IMG/VR virus record: IMGVR_UViG_2923302340_000009
Coordinates: 1 to 54,993 of that record
Origin: a virus
Taxonomy: Duplodnaviria > Heunggongvirae > Uroviricota > Caudoviricetes
DNA length: 54,993 bases
Reading direction: 5' to 3' (one strand)
A program made the position numbers and the translations under genes. The notes beneath the pieces were generated by a model. The model saw only the letters and a program-made list of their open reading frames with translations, was not told the origin of the DNA and did not search any database. Positions 31,101 through 43,328 of the stretch are shown in pieces (position 1 is the stretch's first letter; the number at the start of each line of letters is the position of its first letter).

Positions 31101-31406
31101 ATGGCAACGGCTAACAAAAACGCAAAATCACAACTGACAACTGTCAGAGTCCCACTAGATGTTATGCAAGGGATGGAATCCGTTAAGCTGGACGGTGAAA
31201 GCAATGCCGGATTTATCGTAACCGCCATGCGCGGAGAAATAGCCCGCCGCCAAGCAGAAGGCAGCGGAGAAAATCCCCTTGTGTCGTCACTGGATGCCCT
31301 GGCTAAGGTCGAACAAATCGGCATCAAAGCAGCCGAGGAGATCGGGCAACTCGTCACCGTCGCGCGTGAAGAACTCCAGCGACGCAAGGTCAAAGAGCAT
31401 GAATAG
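31101..31406 (+). CDS. putative ribbon-helix-helix regulator (candidate island repressor)
   Basis: 101 aa with an AGGAG RBS. The N-terminus QLTTVRVPLDVMQGMESVKL...GFIVTAMRGEIARRQ fits a beta-strand plus two helices. It is divergent from the replication operon. Confidence 0.45.
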   Translation: MATANKNAKSQLTTVRVPLDVMQGMESVKLDGESNAGFIVTAMRGEIARRQAEGSGENPLVSSLDALAKVEQIGIKAAEEIGQLVTVAREELQRRKVKEHE

Positions 31407-31463
31407 CCAATATCAGCGCCATAGTTTGAGGAACGCAGGCGCATTGCTTTACAGGACAGCACC

Positions 31464-31643
31464 ATGAGCGACACAGAATCAACCAAAACACCATCACCAA
31501 CTCGTAAGAGACGACGCAAAAATATAGCGCATGAACATGAATCAGAAAGATTCGCACCTTGTTCGTTTGCTCTTGAGAAATTCCTTAAAGAGCACAGGAA
31601 AAAGCTCTCGTTGCAAACCTTGGAACGAACCAAATCTGACTGA
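31464..31643 (+). CDS. possible 59-aa basic protein
   Basis: ATG at 31464 with AGGA 7 nt upstream. It encodes MSDTESTKTPSPTRKRRRKN... and is followed by a terminator. It falls below the ORF-track cutoff. Confidence 0.35.
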   Translation: MSDTESTKTPSPTRKRRRKNIAHEHESERFAPCSFALEKFLKEHRKKLSLQTLERTKSD

Positions 31644-31709
31644 TCACATTGCCCACCAGCCGCAAATGTGGCATTGTTGGTGATGCTTTTGTTTTCCCTT
31701 GTTCCCACT

Positions 31710-31739
31710 GGCGACCCTTTTGCGGTCGCCTTTGTTTTG
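31710..31739 (+). terminator. rho-independent terminator
   Basis: The hairpin ggcgacc-cttttgc-ggtcgcc is followed by tttgttttg. Confidence 0.75.
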
Positions 31740-32318
31740 TCACTGAATGCGGTTACCAAAGTAAAACTCAGGCTGATATTCACGTATCAGCGTTTTTTCT
31801 TCTTCCTCCAGCTCACGCTTTTTGCGCTTACATGCCTGTAGCTCCCTCCCCTTCTCGCTGGCACTTATTTGATATTGCTCTTTACGGCGGGAAAAATCCT
31901 GTAATGCACCCCACGGGATACCATAAGTCCCCGTTTTTCTGATACCTGGTATCACATTTCTGAATACCCAGTTACTGAAACGATGAGCAAATGTGCCAGG
32001 CGTCGTTGCTTTGCGGCTGCGGGCTATTAGTTTGTAGAAACCTGACTCAGAGATAATTCTCATATTCTGATTTCCTCCTGGGGTGTAAGTTAAATTTACT
32101 CCCTTTTCATCATCATCAAGCATCTGCAACGCCGTACGCGAATTGGTTAGTTCCAGCGCAGCACAAACATCTTTTGCAACAAACCACGGATCGCCGTTCA
32201 GATACACCACACGAACGTTCACACTATCAAAGCGCAGAACGACGAGATCACGAATATCGCAGAATTTTTTCACTGGACGAGCGTACCCCTTGCCCGTCAC
32301 GGCAATATTTTTATTCAT
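31740..32318 (-). CDS. Bro-N domain protein (antirepressor-like)
   Basis: 192 aa. VRVVYLNGDPWFVAKDVCAALELTNSRTALQMLDDDEKG...ISESGFYKLIARSRK matches the Bro-N pattern. Confidence 0.75.
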   Translation of the reverse strand: MNKNIAVTGKGYARPVKKFCDIRDLVVLRFDSVNVRVVYLNGDPWFVAKDVCAALELTNSRTALQMLDDDEKGVNLTYTPGGNQNMRIISESGFYKLIARSRKATTPGTFAHRFSNWVFRNVIPGIRKTGTYGIPWGALQDFSRRKEQYQISASEKGRELQACKRKKRELEEEEKTLIREYQPEFYFGNRIQ

Positions 32319-32338
32319 CGCGTTTTTACCTTATAGAC

Positions 32339-32361
32339 AAAAAACCCCTCGTGATGAGGGG
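32339..32361 (-). terminator. rho-independent terminator between the alpA-like and bro-like genes
   Basis: The coding strand reads gcccctc-atcac-gaggggtttttt. Confidence 0.7.
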
Positions 32362-32374
32362 CATTATTTACTGG

Positions 32375-32632
32375 TTATTGCTGTTTTGTTTTTCCAGGTT
32401 TCCATCCAGGATGCCACTCACCACGGATCCATGCCTGAACCTCTGAAAGTCGATACCCTGCAGCACGTTCACCGATCTTGATACGTCGCGGGAATTTACC
32501 TGCCTGCTCCATTTTCCAGCGTGTTGAGTTTGCCAGCGTGGTAAGTGCTATGCACTCTTTTTCACGAATGAACCGATCAATGTCCTTCATTGTGCGCAAA
32601 TCGTTTTCATCAACAAGAGAATAAATTGCCAT
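32375..32632 (-). CDS. alpA: AlpA-family transcriptional regulator / excisionase-like
   Basis: 85 aa. FIREKECIALTTLANSTRWKMEQAGKFPRRIKIGERAAGYRLSEVQAWI is the AlpA pattern. It lies immediately downstream of int. Confidence 0.85.
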   Translation of the reverse strand: MAIYSLVDENDLRTMKDIDRFIREKECIALTTLANSTRWKMEQAGKFPRRIKIGERAAGYRLSEVQAWIRGEWHPGWKPGKTKQQ

Positions 32633-32633
32633 A

Positions 32634-33875
32634 TCACACCACCTCTTTATTAAGCTCGATAACGTTGTTGTTAAATCCTGCTATCGTATTAAGGTAATTA
32701 ACCCACATATTAAGCACCTCAAGTTTTTTCTTTATATGCCTGCTTTTATTGTAAACACCAGCAACCCCTTTCACTTTATGACCTAAAAGAAGTTCGACAA
32801 TATAAGGATCCGCCCCCATATCATTAAGCGTAGTGGAAAATGTGCGCCTGAAATCATGTATGCACCACAAGCCATTAGTATCATGACCAAGACGCCTGCA
32901 TATTCTGTTTGCAGCCCCTGTTATTGTCGCCCTTTGCAAAGCACAACCGACAACATAACCGCGATTTTTTGTTTCTGCGTAAAGATTAACGATCCATTGT
33001 TTTATTCCGTCAGGAACAGGCCTTACTATAGCCTCCTTGTTTTTGCTGTGCTCTTTTGGGACTGTCCATACCCAGTTTTTTAAATCCCATTCGTCCCAGG
33101 TGGATAGCCTCGCCTCCTGCTGTCGGCAACCAAACACCAGGCAGATAACCATTATTCTTCGGTTATATATTGATGACAGAGTTAGCAAATTATTACCGTA
33201 AGCATAAGACCATACATCAGCGGTTTCATTGATATTAAGAACGCGATCCCTTATACCGGATGAGCGCCCGACATAACTTACGTTAATATCTCCAAAGGGA
33301 TCGCACGCGATGTATTGCCTGACGCGACAAAAACGCAACGCCTGTTTGATATCAAGAAAAATTGCACCAGACATAACAGGCGCATTTTTTTTGATCCTGT
33401 CAAAGACGGTAAGCCATGTGTGTAATTTGCACTGTTCTATAGCCATATCACCGATATAGGGGAAGATATGCTTTTCAAATCGTTTTATTAAATATTCATG
33501 CTCTTTTCTGGCTGTTGTGGCGTGATTGTCGTACCAGTAAAACAGCGCATCCCTTACGGTCACTGGTTGCATAGTTTTTTCGGCAGCAAGTTTTATTTGC
33601 CTGCGGGGGTCCAGATTTTCAGCCAGCCATTCACGGCACTGATCACGCATGCGCCTGGCCGTTGCAAGAGACATGTCAGGATAGCGACCAAGTGTAAGCC
33701 ATACCGGAGGGAATTCCCTGCCACCAAGACGATAGTAAAAAACAAAGCTGATCCCCCCAACCATGCTTACACGCACAGACAACCCGCGCCCATCCGCTAT
33801 TGTTTTTTGTTTGTCCTGCCGTTTTCCGACAAGACTCTTTAACAGTTTGTCACTGAGTTTGTTTTCAATAGCCAT
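32634..33875 (-). CDS. int: tyrosine integrase, P4-type
   Basis: 413 aa with an N-terminal DUF4102-like arm-binding part and the catalytic motifs HDFRRT, LLGH and a C-terminal Tyr region. It is adjacent to the att repeat. Confidence 0.92.
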   Translation of the reverse strand: MAIENKLSDKLLKSLVGKRQDKQKTIADGRGLSVRVSMVGGISFVFYYRLGGREFPPVWLTLGRYPDMSLATARRMRDQCREWLAENLDPRRQIKLAAEKTMQPVTVRDALFYWYDNHATTARKEHEYLIKRFEKHIFPYIGDMAIEQCKLHTWLTVFDRIKKNAPVMSGAIFLDIKQALRFCRVRQYIACDPFGDINVSYVGRSSGIRDRVLNINETADVWSYAYGNNLLTLSSIYNRRIMVICLVFGCRQQEARLSTWDEWDLKNWVWTVPKEHSKNKEAIVRPVPDGIKQWIVNLYAETKNRGYVVGCALQRATITGAANRICRRLGHDTNGLWCIHDFRRTFSTTLNDMGADPYIVELLLGHKVKGVAGVYNKSRHIKKKLEVLNMWVNYLNTIAGFNNNVIELNKEVV

Positions 33876-33895
33876 TAAAAGCCCTCAAGAGATTT

Positions 33896-33947
33896 GCAAT
33901 ACACACCCATCCCGATCGCCAATTTGCAATACACATTGCAATACACA
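33896..33947 (+). repeat. three direct copies of GCAATACACA; candidate integrase arm-type sites
   Basis: The copies lie at 33896-33905, 33926-33935 and 33938-33947, in the same orientation as the two copies at 23259-23280. Confidence 0.6.
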
Positions 33948-34023
33948 AAACCGCGAAAAACTGGAAGGGTGATGAACGGTCATCAAAAGCATGGAAAACG
34001 ACATTCCAGACGCAGCAAGGGTT

Positions 34024-37004
<2,981 letters not shown>

Positions 37005-37030
<26 letters not shown>

Positions 37031-37550
37031 TCAGCAACCCCGGTATCAGTTCATCCAGCGCGGCTGCTTTGTTCATGGCTTTGATGATATCCCGTTTCAG
37101 GAAATCAACATGTCGGTTTTCCAGTTCCGGAAAACGCCGCTGCACCGACAGGGGGATCCCGTCGAGAATACTGGCAATTTCACCTGCGATCCGCGACAGC
37201 ACGAAAGTACAGAATGCAGTTTCCACCACTTCAGCGGAGTCTCTGGCATTTTTCAGCTCCTGTGCGTCGGCCTGCGCACGCGTAAGTCGATGGCGTTCGT
37301 ACTCAATAGTCCCTGGCTGGAGATCTGCCTCGCTGGCCTGTCGCAGTTCTTCAACCTCCCGGCGCAGCTTTTCGTTCTCAATTTCAGCATCCCTTTCGGC
37401 ATACCATTTTATGACGGCGGCAGAGTCATAAAGCACCTCATTACCCTTCCCACCGCCTCGCAGAACGGGCATTCCCTGCTCCTGCCAGTTCTGAATGGTA
37501 CGGATACTCGCGCCGAAAATGTCAGCCAGCTGCTTTTTGTTGACTTCCAT
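37005..37550 (-). CDS. Nu1: terminase small subunit Nu1
   Basis: 181 aa, MEVNKKQLADIFGASIRTIQNWQEQGMPV, matching lambda Nu1. Confidence 0.97.
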
Positions 37551-37790
37551 TGTTCATTCCACGGACAAAAACAGAGAAAGGAAACGACAGAGGCCAAAAA
37601 GCCCGTTTTCAGCACCTGTCGCTTCCTTTCTTTTCAGGGGGTATTTTAAATAAAAACATTAAGTTACGGCGAAGAAGAACGGAAACGCCTTAAACCGGAA
37701 AATTTTCATAAATAGCGAAAACCCGCGCGCCTTCCGCCCCGTAGCCTGCCGGATCGCCGGAAAGGACCCGCCAGCCATTCGGGTTTACTT
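37551..37790 (-). promoter_or_regulatory. prophage cos (cosB-cosN-cosQ); cosN 12-mer at 37728-37739
   Basis: The cosB and cosQ flanks match my recollection of lambda almost base for base. The coding-strand cosN reads GGGCGGAAGGCG instead of GGGCGGCGACCT. Confidence 0.85.
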
Positions 37791-38131
37791 CACAATGGGA
37801 TTTAATATCTGAACGACCAAAGTCGTGCGGCCACGGTCGCACAGACCTGAATACACGTCCTGTTTCTTCCACCCCCGCACAGGACTGGCGAGCATGAGGG
37901 ACAAACCCGCGAATCATAAACGCGGTAAAAACCCGGTGTGCATCGTTTTTGATTATTCCCGCACACTCGCGCAGAAGGAATTCCCCGTCGGGCTACGGTC
38001 ATGGTTAATGCGGGAATACGGCGACGATACAGCGCATAATGTGTCAGGCTTGAATACCTTTATCGAATCCCGGTAACGAATTCTCCTGACGTTCCAGTCA
38101 GGTGATGATATGCATGGTGAGATTCAGATAT

Positions 38132-38156
38132 GAAAAAGCCCCGCTAAAAGCGAGGC
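38132..38156 (-). terminator. rho-independent terminator after the post-Rz ORF
   Basis: The coding strand reads gcctcgc-tttta-gcggggc followed by ttttt. Confidence 0.65.
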
Positions 38157-38174
38157 CATAAATCACTTAATATC

Positions 38175-38549
38175 TTATTGAGGACGCTGGAGTAATCCGT
38201 GCTGAGCGAGAGTTAGAGCAATGTCATAAGACCCTTGCCTGTCTTTATAGCAAGTTTTATCAACTAGCTCAGCTTTGCTAATTCCGGGTAAATCAAGAAT
38301 CAGATTCGCAACTTCAATTGCCCTTTGGTACAACTTACCGATCTTTTTCTCCCCATGATGTGGTTTTACATTCTTCAGATAACCGCTATCCGCCAGAGCG
38401 AGAAACGTTGCCCTTGGGCATCCCTTCTTTCTTGCCGATTCGCTTTCTGTAACCTCAGCGACAGCAGCATCCCATGCATCACGCGGGGATATTGAATTAT
38501 CAGCAACCAAATAATAAGCAATTAAAGCGGCGCGCGCGTATTGAGACAT
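38175..38549 (-). CDS. hypothetical protein (moron between Rz and cos)
   Basis: 124 aa from the ATG at 38549 (MSQYARAALIAYYLVADNS...). It occupies the slot where lambda carries bor. No family recognised. Confidence 0.55.
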   Translation of the reverse strand: MSQYARAALIAYYLVADNSISPRDAWDAAVAEVTESESARKKGCPRATFLALADSGYLKNVKPHHGEKKIGKLYQRAIEVANLILDLPGISKAELVDKTCYKDRQGSYDIALTLAQHGLLQRPQ

Positions 38550-38587
38550 AATGCATCCATATACAAAAATCTTATGATAAGACTTTT

Positions 38588-39031
38588 CTAATATGAACAC
38601 TGTGATCTCACATACTCTTGCAGGCCATTCAATTGGTTAGTTATGGTTTCGATGCGCTCTCTGAGAACGAAATAATCCCGTTGAGCGGTGTCAGTAAGTC
38701 TGGGGCTGGAAGCATCATCCACGCCGGAGGCGGCGGTGGTTTTATGCATGTCGGGACAGACTGCTTTGACGTGCAGCCACTTACGACCAGCAGAAACATC
38801 AGCACGAAGACTTTCGATAGTCGCGTTAGCATCAGCAAGCTCCTTTGTATATCTGGCATCGAGTTCAGCTACATTACGTTGACGTTTCTGCATGTCAGCG
38901 ATAATGGATGCGGCCTTATCGCGCTGTTCTTTGTAGGCGATGGCGTTATCACGGTAATGATTAACAGCCCATGACAGGCAGGCGATGATACAAATAACCA
39001 GAGCGGAGATAATCGCAGTTACTCTGCTCAT
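38588..39031 (-). CDS. Rz: i-spanin Rz
   Basis: 147 aa with an N-terminal TM segment and a coiled coil. An Rz1 frame is embedded. Confidence 0.9.
   Translation of the reverse strand: MSRVTAIISALVICIIACLSWAVNHYRDNAIAYKEQRDKAASIIADMQKRQRNVAELDARYTKELADANATIESLRADVSAGRKWLHVKAVCPDMHKTTAASGVDDASSPRLTDTAQRDYFVLRERIETITNQLNGLQEYVRSQCSY
38641..38832 (-). CDS. Rz1: o-spanin Rz1 (lipoprotein, embedded in Rz)
   Basis: [33 protein letters not shown] has a lipobox LVVSGC and a proline-rich region as in lambda Rz1. Confidence 0.85.
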   Translation of the reverse strand: MLTRLSKVFVLMFLLVVSGCTSKQSVPTCIKPPPPPAWMMLPAPDLLTPLNGIISFSESASKP

Positions 39032-39504
39032 ACCTCAATCTCACTGACCGTTCCGCCTGCTTCTTTGAATTTTGCAATCAGGCTGTCAACTTTATGCTCG
39101 AACTGACCATAACCAGCGCCCGGCAGTGAAGCCCAGATGTTGCTGCAACAGTCGATTGCCTGACGGATGTCACCGCGATCAATCATTAGTAAAGCACCAC
39201 GCTCCTTAATCTGCTGCAATGCAACAGCATCCTGGCTTTTAGGAGAGAAGTCTGTCAGCCCTAACTGCTTGCGGTAAGCATCCCACCAGCGTGAAAGAAG
39301 TTGATAACGGCCTGCGGCTGTTGATTTGAGTTTCGGGTTTAGCGTGACAAGTTTTCGAGGGTGATCGGAGTAATCAGTGAAGAGTTCGCCACCGACAATA
39401 ACGTCATAACCGCGGTTACGTGTCGGTTGTCGCCCGTTATCCGTTCCTTCTGACCACGCCAACATATCGAGGAAAGCTTTACGCTGAGGATTAAGATTTT
39501 GCAT
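39028..39504 (-). CDS. R: endolysin R (lambda-type lytic transglycosylase)
   Basis: 158 aa; [44 protein letters not shown] matches lambda R. Confidence 0.95.
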   Translation of the reverse strand: MQNLNPQRKAFLDMLAWSEGTDNGRQPTRNRGYDVIVGGELFTDYSDHPRKLVTLNPKLKSTAAGRYQLLSRWWDAYRKQLGLTDFSPKSQDAVALQQIKERGALLMIDRGDIRQAIDCCSNIWASLPGAGYGQFEHKVDSLIAKFKEAGGTVSEIEV

Positions 39505-39808
39505 TTTTCACCCCTGTCAGTCGTTCCCAGAAGTACGTCAGTGCAACCGAGCCCATCGCACCACTAATCCCCGCTGTCGCGAGAATCATGTAAATACTGA
39601 ATCCACTTTCGATACTGATCAGGCCACCAATAACACCGGTGAATCCCGATACCACTATCTGAGCCAGAGCATTTATCCAGCTCCACGTTGCTTTACTTTG
39701 CTTCACATCTATCAGATAGCGGACCAGACCGCCCCAACCTGCGATGATCAGCAAAACGAGCCAGAACGCTCCGGCAAGGCTCTCTTTTTCGTGCATATGA
39801 ATAGCCAA
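39491..39808 (-). CDS. class I holin (three TM segments; not lambda-S-like)
   Basis: 105 aa with three hydrophobic helices and two closely spaced Met codons at the N-terminus (MAIHMHEKE). It lies directly upstream of R. Confidence 0.8.
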   Translation of the reverse strand: MAIHMHEKESLAGAFWLVLLIIAGWGGLVRYLIDVKQSKATWSWINALAQIVVSGFTGVIGGLISIESGFSIYMILATAGISGAMGSVALTYFWERLTGVKNAKS

Positions 39809-40025
39809 TGTTTCGCCGCCGACGAAAGGCCGGGACGCTAATGATTAAAAACTTACATGGGAAATATTGTTATAAACAGTCAACTCAAAAATAACTAAAA
39901 AATCTTATAACTACGCGAATGGCCTTCAAAAGCCGATCCGTGCAACTTGCATAAAACGATCTTTATCAATGAGTTACATGTGTGGTTAAATACCATGCTT
40001 TAAGGACTAAGAGCATTACCAGCAG

Positions 40026-40829
40026 ATGACAGAAAAAGATAACATTGGTAAGTTAATTTGGCATATTGCTTGCGATGAATCTGGCATTGATGGGCAACGT
40101 TTCTACGGCTTTGGCAGTCTGTGGATGAAGTACCAACGCCGTGGGGATTTCTGTCAACTAATCAGAGAACTACGCAGCAAACATGGTTTTTTTGAAGAAA
40201 TAAAATGGCAAAAAGCCCATTCAAAAAGATACTCTGAATTTTATCTTGAGCTGATCGACTTATTCTTTAGAGTTCCTTGGCTAGCTTTTCATTGTATCGT
40301 GGTTGAAAAATCAATAGTAAACAAGGCATTTCATAATGGGGATTATGACCTGGCAAGGAGAAAGCACTTCACAAATCTCATTACCACAAAAATTAGCTCT
40401 GTAATTTCTGCACACCCTGAAAGAGACAGTTACTTCAGGATTGAAGTTGATCCTATCGCATCTCGTTATAAAAAGGCCGATGAAGAACTAAATGTTATTG
40501 CCAATAACATATTGAATAGAAAATTTGGTCGTAAAGGGATAATCAGCAGTGTAGTGACAAAAGACTCTAAAGCATCTGAAAACATTCAGCTAGCCGATTT
40601 TTTCTTAGGTGCGGTTATGTGCGCATATCAAGGAAAAGCTTCATCTGAAGCCAAAATAAGAGTATCAAACTATGTTGCTTCATATTTAGGCTGGGATCAT
40701 TTGCAATATGATACATGGCACACTGAGAGAAAATTTAATATCTGGTATTTTTATGATAAAACTCGAGGGCCACGAGATATAGAAACTCAAAATGTTAGCT
40801 TAAAGTATCCACTTCCCCAAAAGAAATAG
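40026..40829 (+). CDS. DUF3800-like protein (orphan moron, antisense to the late operon)
   Basis: 267 aa, low GC. The motifs HIACDESGIDG, EIKWQKAHS and NIQLADFFLGAV resemble the DUF3800 signature. Family recalled from memory. Confidence 0.55.
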   Translation: MTEKDNIGKLIWHIACDESGIDGQRFYGFGSLWMKYQRRGDFCQLIRELRSKHGFFEEIKWQKAHSKRYSEFYLELIDLFFRVPWLAFHCIVVEKSIVNKAFHNGDYDLARRKHFTNLITTKISSVISAHPERDSYFRIEVDPIASRYKKADEELNVIANNILNRKFGRKGIISSVVTKDSKASENIQLADFFLGAVMCAYQGKASSEAKIRVSNYVASYLGWDHLQYDTWHTERKFNIWYFYDKTRGPRDIETQNVSLKYPLPQKK

Positions 40830-40948
40830 ACGTCGACCTCTCAGCCGACACGGTTGGAGTCCCAGACCAATTATCGAGTCGAAGTTACCAACTTGGCGGT
40901 TATCTTTTGGGAGCCGCCCCTTCATTCCCAAAACCTTTATTGCAGAAA

Positions 40949-40977
40949 AATCTATATCCTGGAAATTGGATAGTCAA
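40949..40977 (-). promoter_or_regulatory. late promoter PR' candidate
   Basis: The coding strand reads TTGACT, a 17-nt spacer, then TAGATT, ~75 bp downstream of the Q stop. Confidence 0.65.
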
Positions 40978-41050
40978 CCCTTACGACACCTACGAACAGT
41001 TGCACATACAACATTGGCAAAATATCAGATTTACACGGAATATATGCCTT

Positions 41051-41740
41051 TCAATCCAGTTTTGCAATACTTTGCTGTGAAAATGTCGTCTTTTGTTTTG
41101 AACGTGTTCTCGTTACAAGCAATAAAGCTTCGCTATCAAGCTGTAGAAAAATGTGCTTCATTGCAACCCAGCGTTCAGTAAATGTCTCAGACCAGTTTTT
41201 TGATGTCACTCCCACCAGTGATGCCAGCTCCTGGTATTCATAGGTCTTACGCCCTGCCAGCTCATTCTTCACATCCTGTGCCGCCAGCCAGATCAACTTC
41301 TTCAAACGTTCCAGTGTCTTACCTGCAATTTTCCTGGTACCCAACAGAGTCTTAAACTCGCTCCATACCCACTGCGTTATGGTGACCTGATGTTCCCAGC
41401 GAACACTTTCGCTGTAACTCCACAGCAACCACGCTTTCTGATGTTCTTCGAGAGACAGAACCGCGCGGCGCCATGAAGATGTTGAGAACTCAACCTGGCT
41501 GACCAGTGCAATGGATGAACCTTTTGCGTACGACTGCTTACCGGAAATCGGCGGATTATCCAGCGTAATCATCTTGCCCGTTACCTCATCCAGAATGCGC
41601 GGCTTCTTTCGTTTATATGTACCAGTATCAAATTGTGCATGCTCCAGCCAGGCTTCAAGCTGGCCTTTCGTTGCTCCGCTCAAATCAGCAGTAGCCACAA
41701 TGAGTTGCTCGCGGACATACTGTAAATATTGGGTATTCAT
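41051..41740 (-). CDS. Q: late antiterminator Q (DLP12 QuuD / phage-82-like type)
   Basis: 229 aa from the ATG at 41740 (MNTQYLQYVREQLI...) with an AGGAG RBS. It sits between rusA and the lysis genes. Confidence 0.8.
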   Translation of the reverse strand: MNTQYLQYVREQLIVATADLSGATKGQLEAWLEHAQFDTGTYKRKKPRILDEVTGKMITLDNPPISGKQSYAKGSSIALVSQVEFSTSSWRRAVLSLEEHQKAWLLWSYSESVRWEHQVTITQWVWSEFKTLLGTRKIAGKTLERLKKLIWLAAQDVKNELAGRKTYEYQELASLVGVTSKNWSETFTERWVAMKHIFLQLDSEALLLVTRTRSKQKTTFSQQSIAKLD

Positions 41741-41873
41741 GCGGCAGCTCCTTTCAGTGTTTTGGCGTAATTCTTCAGTATTCGGTAATCGGTCAAAACA
41801 GAACCGGGGAAACGATATAAGCGCAGACGCCACCAGCGGTGGCGAAGAAGTTCTGCCATATAAAACTCAAACA

Positions 41874-42236
41874 TCATTCATTCCCCATTTCGGTGATGGT
41901 CAGTTCCAGCCTCCCACCTTTGGTAACAGGCATCTTCACAACGCGGTAATCAACGACCTGAGCATCATCCAGCCAGAAACCTGCTTTGGTGAGTGCGTCA
42001 AAAGCGGCTTTTTGCAGATTATCCAGGTCACGGCGACGGCGATCCGGCATGTGGCACTCAATACGGATTTTCACTGGCATAGCCAAGCCGATATCCAGCA
42101 TTGCGTTTTTAATGATTCGGGCGACGTTATCACGGTATGCCTGCCCTTCTGCGCTGATGTGCGTGCGCCCGCGATTATGCCTGTAGTAGCGGTTATTGCT
42201 CGGCGGCCAGGGTAGTGTGATGTGGTAAGTATTCAC
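41874..42236 (-). CDS. rusA: Holliday-junction resolvase RusA
   Basis: A GTG start gives (V)[25 protein letters not shown]...[11 protein letters not shown], 120 aa, matching E. coli RusA. Confidence 0.93.
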   Translation of the reverse strand: MNTYHITLPWPPSNNRYYRHNRGRTHISAEGQAYRDNVARIIKNAMLDIGLAMPVKIRIECHMPDRRRRDLDNLQKAAFDALTKAGFWLDDAQVVDYRVVKMPVTKGGRLELTITEMGNE

Positions 42237-42523
42237 GCCTTGATTACCCCCTCTTTCAGCCAGATAACCTGCGTTCTCGCCATACCTTCCAGCGCGCATT
42301 CTTTTGCGTACTCAGCATCGACAAAATGCGTGCGGCGGTCGATTTCGTCGTGACAGGCAGAACAGGCAATGGTGGCAATAAGGTCTGGCGGTTTGATACC
42401 GGTACCGCACAATCCAGCCAGCCGGATATGTGCCAGTACTGACGTTTCAGGATTGCCATTACATACGCCAGGGATTCTTACCTGGCATTCCCGACCACGC
42501 GCTGCTTTTCTCAAATCAGCCAT
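42233..42523 (-). CDS. ybcO: YbcO (DUF1364) protein
   Basis: [35 protein letters not shown]..., 96 aa, matching DLP12 YbcO. Confidence 0.9.
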   Translation of the reverse strand: MADLRKAARGRECQVRIPGVCNGNPETSVLAHIRLAGLCGTGIKPPDLIATIACSACHDEIDRRTHFVDAEYAKECALEGMARTQVIWLKEGVIKA

Positions 42524-42686
42524 GATTCCTCCTTGCTGCCAGTCGCAACCATTTTTTATCAACCAGGCTGGCGGTATACCCGAGCAGTGTTGGTATTTCG
42601 GATGGCTTCAGCTCAGGTTTACGCTTACGACGATTTGGTACTTTGTAGATGTGTCCGTTCATGACACGAATAAGCGGTGTAGCCAT
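42516..42686 (-). CDS. ninE: NinE
   Basis: 56-aa ORF below the track cutoff, translated by hand: [56 protein letters not shown]. The start overlaps the ybcN stop and the stop overlaps the ybcO start. Confidence 0.85.
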   Translation of the reverse strand: MATPLIRVMNGHIYKVPNRRKRKPELKPSEIPTLLGYTASLVDKKWLRLAARRNHG

Positions 42687-43141
42687 TACGCCTCCTGCTT
42701 GTCGCGCAGCAGCTGGAACTCGCAGCTCTGCGGAATAGTCAGGTGGCAGCCAATATTCATCGCCCAGGCTTCAACCTTACACAGGAAGACATACATCTCT
42801 CCGGTATCAAGATCGGAGGTATGGCGTAACGACTGGATAGTAGTGATTTCGCCGGTTACGACATCAACCAGGTCCTTGGTTTCATAACCGAGGTATGTGT
42901 GTTTGAGAGCATCTTTTACCCAAGCTGGAGTAGCAAACGTTTTACCCCTGCTGATGAGGTACTCACTAATTTCGCTGTACCACATGTGGCTAAGTGCATT
43001 CTGGGAAAGACTGCGTCTCTTGCGCCACGGTTTAAGCACCATGCGAAAGCATTTGCCTTCCTCCAGATAAGGCTGGATCTGCTGGCCGATAGCGGTGAAG
43101 TTGCCGCGATGTAATTTGATGCCGTCTTGTGAGAGGTTCAC
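42686..43141 (-). CDS. ybcN: YbcN (NinB-position DNA-binding protein)
   Basis: 151 aa, [38 protein letters not shown], matching DLP12 YbcN. Confidence 0.9.
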
Positions 43142-43328
43142 GCTTCACCTCCGCAGAGGTCAAACGCTAGATGCAAAGAATTGCAGGTGCATTTCTGCAT
43201 CTGTGAAGGGAGAAGAGAGTTTGGATTGTATGTGCGCATAAACGTCCCCGTTTAGCGCAGAAGTCACCGGAGTTGTTCAGGCTCCGATGACATGATTATG
43301 GCTAATAGCTTAGTTTTTATCAATTGTA

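Noticed and set aside
30713-31783. 356-aa minus-strand ORF spanning the island control region
   Set aside because: Its composition is Ser/Cys/Arg-rich and looks non-protein-like. It runs antisense to two plus-strand ORFs with RBSs and a terminator, and crosses the operator palindromes. Only the last 65 codons (30713-30910), which have their own AGGAG RBS and an Icd-like sequence, are credible.
40830-41050. tRNA genes or a clear tR' terminator between Q and the DUF3800-like gene
   Set aside because: I could not fold a cloverleaf. The only hairpin (ggcgg...ccgcc) lacks a U-tract. Only the PR'-like promoter is reported.
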